NCBI GenBank assembly: GCA_000708835.1
Contig: DF237040.1
Location: forward strand, 124,001-188,000
Direction of reading: 5' to 3'
DNA: 64,000 nt
Origin: Klebsormidium nitens
Lineage: Eukaryota; Plantae; Klebsormidiophyceae
Each line of letters starts with the position of its first letter. Within the stretch, counting starts at the first letter, position 1. The notes under the pieces are model-generated. The model was given only the letters and a program-made list of their open reading frames with translations. It searched no databases and was not told the origin of the DNA. Shown in pieces: positions 1-13,314 of this stretch. Both the position numbers and the translations under genes were made by a program.

Positions 1-44
1 TAAAAGCATACCTGACGTCCCTTCTTTCCGTTTTCGCTCTGCAG

Positions 45-97
45 CTGCCGTCAAGAAGGAGGTTGTCGTGGTCAAGAAACCCGGCTATAACAATTAG
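45..97 (+). CDS. Probable terminal coding exon of a gene starting left of the window (..AVKKEVVVVKKPGYNN*)
   Basis: Pyrimidine tract plus GCAG acceptor at 21-44, then a codon-biased frame to TAG at 95-97. Too short to identify. Confidence 0.5.
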
Positions 98-1638
98 CAG
101 CGTAACTACTATGACCCCTGAAAGAGCTTAGTAAGATCAATCACGTGTATTCTCCTTAGACAATGCGGCCCCCGGAATAAATGCTGGTCGTAGAGGAAAC
201 AACTCTACGTTAACCAAGCTGTGAGAAGAGTTTCTGATTATCACCGTTTAGGACAGACTGGGACTGCTGAGTTGGCAGACAGGACGGATTTCGACATGTA
301 GTGACTGCCACTGTGTGACTTTTTGTATAGTCAACTTTGCAGATTGAGAATAATAAGAGAACTGTGACTGTCAGGAGGAAAAAACCTTCTGGCGGGATAG
401 TTTTGTACACTGAGTGGATTTGTTACAAAAACAATCATAACCCAAAGTGTATGTGCACAAGCTAGATCTTTTCCACACAATGGTGTGGATTGTATGTTCG
501 ATTTGATATACACTGCAGTTGAGATGAGGTGAACTATCATACTAGGCTTTCAATATCATCATGATTGATGAAATACACTGATCATATTCGTGCCGATGAC
601 CAATGAACGAGAAGATGTTACATATTTTTAATAGTACATCGACAGGTAATTTTCCGACGCAATTTAGTAAGAAGAGGCATGGCCGTTAGCGCTAAAACTT
701 AATCTCATACTAGTCATGACTCCTTCACTGACTTACTTTTTACAGTAGTATATGTATATGCAATTATTTAATTTTTTGCATGCACGTTTAATTGGATTGA
801 AGTTAGCCCGCGTTCTGGGGAATGAGATGTACGTGGTCGCGCTATAGCTTCATATGATGGCCGGAGCCGTATGACTGGACAAGGACCTTATACTACTTAA
901 CTATATAATCGCTTGCAATATATACTAAACTTGAAAACTGGAATGATCAGAAAAAGATAAATTACATACAGGAAAGCTATAGGTGCGAGCATGCACACCT
1001 TTATATGTATCGATCGTTTGTCGACCTTGTCCATGCAGCGGCGGTCGCCGTTGCAATGTCGTTGTCATGGCAAGGCAATCTGCAACACTTCAATATTCGC
1101 CCGGACATGTCTGCCCCCACCAAATTATGGGGCTGGCAACCAACAATCACTGCATGATGGAGCCCTAGCTAGCTTGGCACGATATTATAAACATACTAAT
1201 ACAAACTCCGGGTGGGTCAAAGCCTCAGCCTGTGAAGACCATGCCAGTGCAGCTATACTAAGGCTTAGCAGGCTGGGAGCTCAGACTAGTGATGGCGACT
1301 TTGAGCGCGCCAGGTGGCTAAAGCAGATTCCAAACAAACATTGGCCGATATCACCTCAAGCCAACCGGCTGCATCCTGCTATAGCCACTCGAGTCCTGAC
1401 ATGTTGCTTTCTGCAAACAGGACTCTGGGAGTCTTGTCATCCCGCCAAGCCACGTAATAAGATTTACAGTCACGACAGATCCTTGCAACCGTGGGCAACT
1501 CGCACTAAGCCATACTGCTATGTTTGAAGCTGTCTGCAATCAACTTGGCCAGTGCTCAACATGCAGTGATCAATCAAGTCAAGGACTCTGTCAAACATTA
1601 TAAGCGAGCTCTCACAACCATGCATAGTCTTCTAATCG

Positions 1639-4600
1639 TCATAGCTCCTCTCGAAGGGAACCTTGACTCTCTCGTCGCCTCTTTTTGAAGTCGCCTACGA
1701 GCTTTTTTGTGAGGTTCAGATAAATCTTAGGACCGTCAGCGCCGTAGTCCTCGAAGGGGGCGCCTCCCGACGTCACCTGCAAGCGACGCACTGATTGAGG
1801 TCCATACGAGATCCTGCTCGTTTTTTTGGAACTCGGGCGTTCCTCTTTGCGCAGTCGACAAACGGAAGTGCGGCAGTCTCTCAAGAGAATGAATCTTCAA
1901 TGCCTACCAGAAAACCTACATGATCACTCGCTCCTGTGAAAGTGTACAAGTATCTGACCGCACGTGGTAGGTACCAACCGAAGCCGGTCCCAAAGGAGAA
2001 TCTTGACCGTTCGGTTAACGCAAAACTTCATGACTCTGCCACATTGTTGCTCGAGGTGCCAGGTTTTGCTCAGGATTATGCTAGCTCAAGCACGCACCAA
2101 TACGCGCCAGAGACTCTCTTTTCTGCCAAGGGCGATGAAACTCGTTTGGAGTCGAAGTCGACTCCCCTACTCTTGCGACTCTTGTTTACCGGCAGGCACG
2201 GTTTACGTGGTGAACAGAAGATGCCGTTCTGATCAGTTGCGGCACTGCTCGGCCGCATACTTCCAAGACCGCTTTAAACAATTTTGCAAGCTTTCCGTTC
2301 ATTTCGGACGAGTCTGCTTCCCCGCTCGCGGAGCGGAGCTTCGTCGAGAGGTCCTTGCAAAGTGGACCGCTTCGATGTAAGGCTTTTGAGTCGGAATTCG
2401 CCGGAGCGAACGAAGGATCAACCAACTCGATGAAAGACAAAGAAAAAGAGGGGATTTAAGAAGGTTTTCCTCCTGCGGGCCGTTCTGGAATTATCTTTAT
2501 CCAGCGACAGCCCAAGTCAAGCACTCACAAATGAGACAAAGACGCCAAGAAAAACATGAAAAAGCCGCGTCTCATACCGACGGCTTGGCTGGCTCAATCT
2601 GCGTGCCCTCCCCCCACTCATTGTAACTCGTAATAGAGATGACGTCAGCGCCCCCGTCAATAGCGTGCCGCCAGGCCCGCTTGTATAGCCGCCCTTCTTC
2701 CCTCGCCCTAGTTGCGCCAGGGTTCCAGGGGCGGATGCGGGTGTCGTTGTAACCGGGCCCAACACTGGCGATGAACAACTGTGGAGTCGAGGGAGAATTG
2801 CTTAACCACCCTTTCTTGAACCTTGGTTAGTTAGTTGTTGGACCGAGATCTTAATTTTGGTGAACTACACGCCTCTAGCTTTGCGAACTGACAATTTCAG
2901 GCCGAAGAGTGAATTCTTTATTGAAAAGAAAGAAGACATGTACATCGTCAACTCATAGGAGTTTAAAAAGCATCGATGCAAACTTGCACGGCAAAAACAA
3001 ATCTGTTTGCTTGGATACAAGAAAGTTCCAAATAAGCAGCTCAACGTGGTCAAAAACGAGTTAACTGATCTGGCAAAACGGAACGAGAAGATGATCTGTG
3101 CAACCCGCAGAATACACAATGCGATTTGCAGAAGCCGGCTTTTCCCCATGTGCTGGATGGAAACACGCACGCATGGCAAACTGCCAACAAGGTGCAGCAC
3201 ACTATTACGAATGCTAACCGAGCATAATCGTTTCGGTTCAGCACGTGGACCCGGGACACATTCCCCAACACTGGCCACGGTCGTCATCAATAGAAGCCAT
3301 GAAAGCTTCGAAGCAAGCTGTCACCGGTTGCATATATTGGTCATTCGCAACATTTAACCGTATTTTACTATATTGACCACTTTTGGTGAGGAGAGTAGGT
3401 TAGAGCTGCCTTCACATGGCACAGGAGTTTCGGGGCCTGATTTGAAGTCTCGGTGAGTAAAATTTAGAAACAAGGAGATTTCTCTGATAGACTTGTGTCG
3501 AGCGTAGGTTTGCCATCAGAGGCTCAATCTTGACACTGGTATGGCCAGCTCCGGACGTTTCCATTTCGGACGTGCAAACCCGAATCCTAAGTCGGACTCG
3601 ATATACCAAGTCTGCGGCTGCTCGAGCGCGTTTTTCACAACGTCTCGTTCGGAGTACGTTCTGGAACGACCTGCGCGCTGCACACGTTAACAACTTGCAC
3701 GAGCGGCTGCAGATTGGAATCAGAAAGTCCGAGATTTGGATTCAGAACTCCCGTCCGAACCAAAAACATCCGTGTTCGGCTGCAGCGGCCTTACCTTTCT
3801 GTTTTCCGTCGCCCATTGGGCCATACGTGGCCAGCTAGACCACGTGGATCCATAAGAAGACCCCTCGCTGGCGAAGTAACTGCAGAAATGCGGAATGGAA
3901 CCCGCGTGAGAAAGATATCACGGAGGTCTAGAGCTGAGAATTCTCAGTTTTCAATTTTCATCGATTTGAGCGGAGTTGTCCGATGGAGGGAACGCAGACG
4001 AAAGCTCGTCATCAAGAGGGTCTCCCCCCTTTAAAATGGTGACCCGATACCAAACAGATCGAAACGACGCAGTAGATATGTCAGTCACCACTTCTGAAAA
4101 AGACTGTTTTACCAAAGGTCAGGTCCGCTACCGAAGAGATGCTCGAATCCACTATGTCCGAGACACACAAGCCAAGGATCGAGTTGAATGAAAGCATCTT
4201 GAGGGGAACACTTGCAAAGAGAAACTAGAGAAACGACTTGGAAGAAAGCTCGACGGCGATATCGTTCGTTCAATCGCTGCGGCCTGCATCACGGGTGCTG
4301 TTCCGAGCAACTTTCACACCTCTTGATGCCGCTCAGCAGGTCGAACCATGTCAAACAGCCTCAGAAACCAACGAAAGCATTCCTAGAGGTTTGCCAGGAT
4401 GATTGTGCTGCCCCAGTCAATTCCGTTCAGGGTGTAGTTTTTCAGTAGAAGCCACGGGGCGCTTCAGCGACTGGCTGCAACCTCGAAGGGATCTGTTTGC
4501 TGGTTGAAAATTTCGAGCGGCTTGACTGAATTGAGAGGTTAAGGGACTTGCGAGAGACCTTCGGTGTGGTCGCCTCGCAACCATCTTCTCATCCGGCAAC

Positions 4601-7600
4601 CTCACCTGTACGCCCCGTCAAACCCTGCGGTCTCCAGCTTCTCCCCGTCGTTGTACTCGAGCCACAGGCCGATGAAAACGCCGTCGAGGCTGGTTCCCCG
4701 CAGCGTGTCATCCCCGTCTTCTTTGAGCACCGCGGCCCACTCCCCCGACGGCGTCAGGTACGAGTCGTAGCTGCCAGACGACAAAAATGACGTCAAATGG
4801 AAGATAACGTCAGTCGCCTGACGACGAGTATGCCCCAGCAGAGAATTGTGGAAAGTTACGTGAGTCGCAGGCCGTTTGTTGGACATTGCGGAGTGTCATG
4901 CAGAAGAGAGGGCAGACGATGGAAAGTCGTACTAATGAGCACTGCCACGCGCTTGCTTGACGGCTGCAAGTGTCAAACGCAAGCGAGACAAAACGAGGTA
5001 ATCGCAAACAGAGATTCACTTCGCACTTGTGGCCTAGTGTCGCTGCTGCAGAGCGAATGAGTGCAATGCGGAAAAAGTCGGAAGGCAGTGCGAAACGGAT
5101 TTCGATCACGCCCCGTCTTTTAAACATCCTTTTCCCTCAACGTTCACGGCTCAAGGTCGAAGGCCGACCCTCTACAGCGCGCAATGATGCCAAACGCTGA
5201 GAATGTGGACTTACACGTAGTACACCGGCTTTCCTTGCCACCGCAGCAGCGCAGGCGATGCCCCAAACCTCTCCATGAGGTATTCCACGTCCGTTCGTAC
5301 GCTCTTGGCGGACCGTCCGACGTACGGCTCCAGGTGGAATGCCAGCTTGACGGTGCCCTGCGCCTCAGCAACTTGGAAAACAATTGGGAGAAGGGCATCT
5401 GTAGACACGCCCTGCATTGGGGGAATAGAAAATTCTTGAGAGGCTGAAAGTAGCGAGAAATGTCGAACCACCGGGAAAGGAAAGAGGGATGCTTGCATCG
5501 TATTGCCGTGCGCCTTGATGGCAAAAACAATTCACAGAAGGGCGTCAATAGAAACAGCCCGTCTTTTTTGCGTTTTTTCTGATAAAGAAGACGACAATCA
5601 TTCTCGAGCTGCAATCAGCAGTCAGAAATAGATTGTTCTCGGGCATGAAATACAAATTACAAGGCCACAGCACGTCGCAATGTTGGAAATTGTCGATGAG
5701 ATGAAAGGAAGTTCTGATAGGAACGGCCTGCGTCCGAGAAAGTGTCGTCTGATTCTCAAAACCCAAATTGAAGATAGGCAGGGACAAGCCGAACCAAACT
5801 GCAGCATCTCCAACATTTTCAGAGAACCACCAGACAGACGCAATGGTCGTCGGAAACGAGACAAGTATAATGCGGTTGGTGTAATCGTGCTTTTTCCAAT
5901 CCTGCAGAGCAGTTATCAGAAAAGTAGTGCAGCTTGCCTGCATGCCGGTTGAGAGCTAACCTGTGGGCTACGTTAAATGCACACTCCTCGCCACAATCGA
6001 CTGCAATCGACAAGAACCATGCCTGTAGTAATTAGCAAAGGTCACCACTTGGGAAGACGTTACCTTAGTAGAAAACAGTGGGCCACTCACTTGGGTATCT
6101 GCGCTCTCCTTACGGTCGCTTTGGCCCCACCAGGAAAGAACCGCCACAGTTACACCTGCAGCAGCCAACTGAGACGACAGTGGTTCGTTCGTCCATTTTC
6201 AAAGTCCGGCAGGTTTGACACTGCACGTAAAGTTGACTCCAGATGGAACTTGAACGGAGGCTACTATATGAGGTCACTGATTTGTGGGCCCTGTCTGAGA
6301 AAATCTCGAGCAGAAATGGACACTTTTCTTGTCGCAATATGTGGGTCGATAATCTCAGAAAGTCAACCAGAGAGGCCTGTTCGTGATCTTTGACCTGGAA
6401 GTACGCTGGAAGCAAGGCCAGAAGACCAGAGCTGTGCATTGTTACAAATCTTAAAGTCATACGCACATCTTGGAACCAGATTTCACCGGAATTCGCCTTA
6501 CAAACACTCACAAGCAGAAGTTTGCCCCACAAGTAGTGCCAAACGTGAGAAAGAATCTAAAAGGCCTACCTCGTCAAACTGCGCTAGAATCACAGCGGGG
6601 TCCCTCGAGCTGTAACAGCCTCTGGCTGGGTAGTAGGTCGAGTGAACGTCTTGTGGAGGTTGAAACTGGAGAAAGGTTTCGAGAGAGTGGTTGAGTAGAG
6701 CAGCTTGACTAAGCACAACTTTTAGTTGGTCCAAAGGTGAAGCAAAGAAGGATTTTCCTAGGCTGTGCTGGCTCTGCAATTGAGCATAACCGAGTTATTC
6801 GAAATATCAAGCAATCAGCTTTGTATGGAAGGAAAATTGCATGCGCAACCTTGCTCACACTCATAGGTTGTCTTGGCGAAACCTGTGATAATTCTCGACC
6901 AGAACACGTGCGACTGAACACGGAGGATATCACTCAAGTCGTCTGATTTTGCCCGCCATTGGCATTTTCAAACTGCTGAAATCTACGTTGTGCAACTCAG
7001 AATTTCAAAGCTCACCGCAGAACAAAGACAAAGCTAATTTTAGTTCTTTTTACCTCTTTGCCCACAGGAAATTGTGCTGACACTTCCTCTCTCCAGTGGG
7101 GTAGGACTTTGTGATTCCAGTGCAAGTAGGCACCGTCATGCTCGGGGTTCCCATACCTGCGCAGATATGCTGTTTACATTGGGTGTGCACGCGTGGAGGG
7201 CCATGACTGATCTCAGTATCCTTTCTGTGTTCACCGATTTATCTATTTCGTTTCAATCTCCAGAAACCAAATGTACAAGCCACATAAATGCGTTTGAACT
7301 GTACATTCTCTGGCATGATCTGATAGCTCTTGGTGTACATGCTCTTTGGAAACAGCCAAAATTGGTGAACATGCTTTCTAGCAAAATCTTCAACAGCTGA
7401 TGAATATGCGCACACCATAGAGTTGCTCTCTTCATGATGTGGTGGCAAGATCAACAAAACGAAAATTCACCACCATCAGCGAATCGTCTGGGGAAGGTTT
7501 TCTGAAGGTGGACTCAACTCTCTTCTATCAAGAAGACAAGGTGTCAATTCCATCGATGAGTGGTACCAGAGAAGACAGATTGTATCCCTGACAATATGTC

Positions 7601-7749
7601 CAGCAAGATACTCACCAGAGGTAGAAGAATGCGTGCACCCTGTGTTCAGACTCAAGCGCACCTGCCTTTGAGATCTTTGCACAGATTCCCTGCATTGCTA
7701 AGCTATGCAAAAGCACAACAGGCAAAATGCGCACCACCATAGGTTGCAT
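1639..7749 (-). CDS. MANEA: GH99 family endo-alpha-1,2-mannosidase/mannanase (MANEA-like), ~398 aa, 9 exons, N-terminal signal peptide
   Basis: complement join(7749..7616,7156..7054,6665..6570,6168..6091,5411..5215,4770..4606,3879..3795,2778..2578,1776..1639) = 1197 nt, all GT-AG, phases consistent. Motifs HAFFYLWYGNP, YLHWNH, YYPARGCYSSRDP, VLSWWG, FHLEPY, YDSYL, GFDGAYSYFAS, SVGPGYNDTRIRPWN, and catalytic SITSYNEWGEGTQIEPA. Confidence 0.93.
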
Positions 7750-8644
7750 CCTGCTAAAGCGAGGCGCAGAGAAGTGACATGCTTGTGAATGACGTGAGCA
7801 TTTTGCCATCGCTGCAGAAACTTGTTTGCACATTCAGTAAAGAGTTGTGGCGCTATTCTGATCTGCGCTCAGCTGAAAGGGCTGGCTTTCAGCTCAGCAA
7901 ACCACCTGCTAGCACCTAACGGATCCGCATGGGAGTTCCCCTTCCCCTGCTTGAGCAAGCAGTGTCCTTCAAGAGCCTTTCGTTCCCATTTCAGTGTCGC
8001 CCTTTCGTTCCTGCTGGCACCAGTGCTTCCTCTCCATGATGCCCTGGGCCTACATAAATTCCAGAACTTGGCAGAAGTGTTGTGTAGAATAGCCCCAGCT
8101 GGATTTTCCAAAGTGAAAACTGGTATCTATTGGTGCATATTCCGGCGACAGATGGTCAGACTCCGAGAGAACGAAGGGATTTTGAAAGGCCCCGTAACCA
8201 GGACTGCGAACGGTCCACCCGTCAATGTAAGCGGGCCAACGGGGACTCGTCGATGGCACTATGCTGGTCGGGGGAGGCAGATGGCTCTGCTTATATACGG
8301 TCCTTTTATGTGGGGGCCATTTGAAATTGTAGCCAGTTGCAGCTGGAAAGCAGAAAAGCACTCCAGAAGTTGCATGAGCAAAAGCTGTTGAACTGATGAT
8401 CGGTGTCAAGACAGGACGTCAATCAGAAGACAGAAGACGAAGGTTTGCGCTGGCAGGGCCTGTTGTAGGCCTCCGAGAAGGAATGGCCTCTTATTGTTGA
8501 ACAGGTCAAGAAAGCTTGCTGCCAATGCGGGTTGGTTCAATAAGTCACAAGTGACTCGAGCGGCCTTGCAATTCACTATCTGCAAGCATCCTATCAAAAG
8601 TTTGACCGGACTGTAGGGCTCTGTAACTCGAGTGGCTGACAACA

Positions 8645-11600
8645 ATGGCGCCGCGTCCACCCCGAAAGATCCCAGAGTTCACGGAGGTCGATTACAAGAC
8701 TAAGGCAGGGGTGGCCTGGAGCCACAACTACCTGAATCAGAAGCCATGGCACCCTATGAGTTACCCCAACCAGCGCCGCAAGTGGATTGCGGAGCAGGAG
8801 CATGCCGTGCGGGAGCAGCAGAAGGGGGTTGCAGCCAAAGAGGTGATTGACTTGGGATCCAAGTGTTCGAAAACTCAATGCTCAAAGGTCCTAATTGTGG
8901 TGCCACCAATTGATCAGGAGTTCATGAATGTTCTCTTCATATTCTCCCGATCGGACTGTTAGCTGCCAGCACTCAGATAGGGGGACAAGAGTGTGAAATG
9001 AGGGTCACCCAAAAAGGGCTGCAGCTTCATCTGTGCACAACGCATCTGCAATGTTCTCCGCCTACTCACCTGCATTTCGTCACCCGTCCTATTAGCTCAC
9101 AAACATCCCTGAAGAGCTCTGGCAGTTGAGTCCGGCATCACATGAAGAGTGGATGCAGAATTCACAAGGGCCGTCTCATCTAGTCCAAATTGGACCTTTG
9201 GTGGACACCTCCTCCTTGATTTGAGCAGAAGTGGGATAAAAGCATGGGCGATGAGTTACATAGCTAATCTTTAGCCGGCTCGCCATGACGCCCACCTGTT
9301 CACTGAACTTGTCCTGGGTTCAATTATCTTCTTTTGTCCGGACCCGCTAGTAGCAAAAGGGTTGGACACTTTCTGAAGGTCCTGTTGATGTGTAGAACTT
9401 AAGTTGCATCACATATACCTGTGAAGAAAGCTGAACTAAACCTGGGAACAGCGATTTTGAGCAATTTGGCGCTCTTAACCCCTTTTTTTGCTGCGTGCAG
9501 TTTGCGGAGGAGCAGGAGTTTTTCAAAGAGGCAGCCTTGCTGAGCGAAAGTGAGCGCAAAAGGGTGAGTCCCTTTACCTGCTGACATTCTTCTAACCAAC
9601 AATGCATGAAATCTGCCTGGCGGAATAACGAGTATTGTTAAATTTTGAATAGAGGGGAGAGGGTAGAGGGGTTTGCTGCCGCGCTCTGTCCATTCTTTGA
9701 GGATTGGTTCCTTTTTGCAACCTTTTATAAAATGCAAGGTCACAACAAAATCGTGCTCTTACAGTTTTGACCAACGGGGCAGACCAAACCGCTCACGTAA
9801 CTGCACCTTGTAATTGAACGAAGTTTGGTCAAGCCCCGTCAGACACCCCTGTGGCCCAGTGCTGACGAGAATGCAGAAAGTTGTTGATATCAGTTTCTTG
9901 TGCTTATACAGTTACAACAGGGTTACAGGCACCAATAAGACCGGAAGAAACATCATGAAAGTGAAATGAGAATATGTTCGCCATTTGTGTAGTCCAACAA
10001 CTGAGTACTCATAGTACAGTCGTTTTGCTTTTCCCTCAGATTGAGCTGGCTCAGGCAGTCAGCTTCATGTACCAGCGCCCCCCAGGGTACAATCCCGACA
10101 TCGACATCAAGCGCCAGGAGAAGCCGGAAGAGAAAGCGGAGGAAGCCAAGAAGCCACGGGCCAAGGACGTCTTTGGCAGGAGCATTGCGACGGGGGAGGA
10201 GTTTGAGGCTCTCAAGGACGCCCCCAAGTGAGTCTAGCGCTCTCGAACATCAAGTGTTATCTCTAAGAGGGGCCTACTTGGTCTGATCTCGCTTGCAGGG
10301 TGCTGTAGCGGCAGGCTTGCATACTACTCTTCCGGAGGCTGCGCTTTGCAGAGGTCTTTGGACGATCTTCAGATCAGCTTTGTCGTCCACTTGTTTTTCA
10401 TCAATCTCCAACTTACAAGCAACGACGAGGAAGGCTCTTGGGAAGTAACGCTTCGCGTAGAACCGGATATTTCTGCTCCGAACCATCTCCTCTATCTGCT
10501 TATCGCTTCTAACACGTCGCTTTCCTTGTCCGTCTCCACGATTGTGATGCACCTGACATCTCGACACCTTTTTGCAGGCTCGAAACTGGCATTGTGGGCA
10601 AGGCCAAGCCGTTCGGCATCGAGATCCGCAACGTCAAGTGCGCGCGCTGCGGTGCGTTCGGACACCAGAGCGGCGAACGCGACTGTCCGCTGCGGGACGT
10701 TCTGATGCCGGGAGAGGCCGAGCGGCAGAAGAGGGAGGATCCGCTCCAAGCAATCCTGAACACAGTACCACAGGAAGCGGTAAGCCTCATCGATTTGCAG
10801 TCGTTTTCAGGTTCGTGTGGTCGCCGCGGGGTGGTGTGTGACTGACGGGATAGTGCCGGTTTGAGCGGACAAGCTTTGAGCACGTTGGGACCTGCCGAGG
10901 TGGTTGTTGCCAACGACCGTGGCCAGCGATCCTGTTACGGCCTTCAGTGTCACGCGGGTACTTGCCCGGCGCTTTTGAGTTCCTGGGGGCTTTGGGATGA
11001 GCAGAGAATTTTTTCTGAGAGCCACGATCTGTATGCACTTTAAGAGGGCCGAACACACTGAAACCTCTCGAGATTGGGGCGTGAAATTTTCAAGAGTGTC
11101 GACTCGGCCTAAGGTCGTTTCGCCTCAGGTGGGAAGGCCGATCTGAGAGGTCGTGCGTCCAGAACCAAAAGGTCAAGGGAGAGGCAGTCTGCTCAGTTCG
11201 CATCTTCAAGTTCCTTTCAAAACTAGGCGAGGCCTTTCATAGAATCGCAATGAAGTGCAGACTTAACATAGCACCTCGTCTGAGGAGCTTCTTTTCGTCA
11301 GACCGGCACGGTATCGACTGTGCTTTTGAAAATGCCGGGATCTGATCGAGCACTTAGTGGACAAGAAGTGATGGAGGAGACTACCCTCTCAAGTAGCGTT
11401 TGTTGAGTGCGCCATTCGTGCTGCACAAACAAATTGCAGGCCTTTTAGAAGCGCGTCATCGGTGCGTAGACCAGTTTCGGCTTCCCCCCTCCTCTTCACA
11501 ATATACCTCAAGCACATCCCTAGCACAGCTCTTTTGCATTCACTCTCCGCTTTTTCTCGGTGACTGACACTCAAGATCACGCTTCCGTTTTGCAGCCCAA

Positions 11601-13062
11601 GTGGACCCTCAAAGACGGCGGACGCAGCCCGCCCCGCGGCGGCTTCGACCCAACCGCTGAGAACCAGCAGATACTGCCGCCGGACGAGATGGAGTGGCAG
11701 ATGGCAGCGGAAGCAGGTAGCGTCATGTTACTTAAGAAAGCTTGTTAACCCTTATTAACTTGTTCCGCCGTTCAACTTGTCTCGGGGAAGTCCGTGTTCC
11801 GTGAGATGTACTGGGGATCGTCATATTTGTTCTGGCATCTCTGCTCTGCGTTTGGCTTTGCCTGATGTTGTCTCTTTGCTGTTCTCGTTCGGTAGCTGAG
11901 ATCAACGTGCAGTCCGGCGTCCGCTTGAGATTCTTACGTCGGCTCTTGCTCCTTCTTGCTGGAAAAGAATTAGGACTGCGGATAAACACGGTCACTCTGT
12001 CCCCTTGTCGATTCCCGCCTGCCCTCAGCGAAACATCCTCGGACGGGCAAGCAGCTCTTCTTTCTGCTGTTCATGCGTTCAGGACAAGCCGCCCTTTTAA
12101 AACAGTCAAGTCACATGAACAATATCTTCGTGCAGATGCTGGCGCGACTGAGATGCAGCCTATAGACGAGAGCATTCTGGCGCAGCTTTCTAAGAGCGAG
12201 CGAAAGGCGCTCTTGCGCGCTTACAACGGTTCCAAAGTCCGCGTGGAAGACAAACGGAAGGAGCGGAAGAAGCGGAAGAAGCACCGAAACAAAAACCGTG
12301 AGTCCAGCGAGAGCAGCGAGGAAAGTTTGGACAGTTCGGACAGTTCGGAGGACAGAAAGAAGCGACGGAAAAGAAGGCGACGAAAGAGGGATGTTACGAG
12401 CAGCGAGAGCGAAGGTAGTTCGGAGTCGGAGGATAGGGAGAGGCAACGGCGGCATAGAAAGAAGGGTTTGGGCTTTGGAGTTTGAGCGTGAACGGAAGCG
12501 TTTGACTGCCAAACGGAAGGAGGAGGATGGACAGACAGGAATGGACCGGAACGATGAGTCGGCGGACGTGTCTCGGGAGTCGATCAGGAACGGGGGGCAG
12601 AAAGGGGAAGCGGTCCAAAAACGAAAGGAGTTGGACGGTCCGGATAGTGGGGGGCGGAGAGATGCGGACGAGGAACGGCGACGTGGGACGGAGAGGCCCG
12701 ACAATGCGGAAGAACGGAGGAAGGAAAGAAAGGAGCGGGCCAATGACGAGAGGTGGGAAAGAAACGGGAGCTCTAAAGATGAGCGCTCACGAGAGCAACA
12801 GGGGCGAATGGAAGATCGATCGGAGGGGAGAAGTGTGAGAAAGGAAGCAAGGGACCGGGGGGAAGGAGATGACCGGGCGAGGGCCCGAGATGGGGATGTT
12901 AGGGGCAGTAGTAAAGATGACAAAAAAGTGACCGAGCCGAAAAATGGCCGAGAACGAGAGCGGGAGAGAGGGTTTGAGCGCGATGATAAAAAGGACAGGA
13001 CAAGGTATGACAAGGAACGGGAAGGCAGAAGGGAAAGGGGGGAAAACAGGCACATGCGCTGA
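8645..13062 (+). CDS. CIR/CWC25 N-terminal domain + CCHC zinc-knuckle protein (ortholog-like of Arabidopsis At4g19190) with Lys/Ser- and Arg/Asp/Glu-rich tail
   Basis: join(8645..8842,9501..9563,10040..10227,10578..10779,11596..11716,12136..). Motifs VDYKTKAGVAWSHNYLNQKPWHPMSYPNQRRKWIAEQ, FMYQRPPGY, KDVFGR, VKCARCGAFGHQSGERDCPL, SPPRGGFDP. Exon 6 stops at 12485 if read through. A 73-nt intron 12466..12538 would join the RE/RD-rich frame ending at 13062 (541 aa). The 3' end is uncertain. Confidence 0.88.
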
Positions 13063-13248
13063 GTTTTTGGTATGATTCCTTGTTCCGGTCACGAGCACTT
13101 ATATCTCAGAATCCATCGCACCCTGTCTGCTGGGTTCTCTATCTGGGCATACCAGCCTTTTCAAAACGTGCGGTGCATTGCATGCCAGAAACTAACAAGC
13201 ACCGTCTTGAACCTCTCTGTCCCCATGTCCATTAGATTGCGGGTTGCA

Positions 13249-13314
13249 TGCTGGTAATAAGGACGGTTGAATTGAAGAGCGTGCCGGTAATAAGGACGGT
13301 TGAATTGAAAAGCG
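13249..13314. repeat. 33-bp tandem duplication (2 copies, 2 mismatches)
   Basis: tgctggtaataaggacggttgaattgaagagcg / tgccggtaataaggacggttgaattgaaaagcg, adjacent with no spacer. Confidence 0.9.

Noticed and set aside
991-1527. 178-aa + strand ORF between convergent genes
   Set aside because: No recognisable motif, no codon bias like the real exons, and TA-rich intergenic context.
12111-13055. 314-aa minus-strand ORF rich in S/L/R/F
   Set aside because: Antisense shadow of the purine-rich, low-complexity coding exon on the + strand.
13249-13314. 33-bp direct repeat resembling a CRISPR repeat in length
   Set aside because: Only two copies, directly adjacent with no spacer, in eukaryotic DNA with no cas genes.
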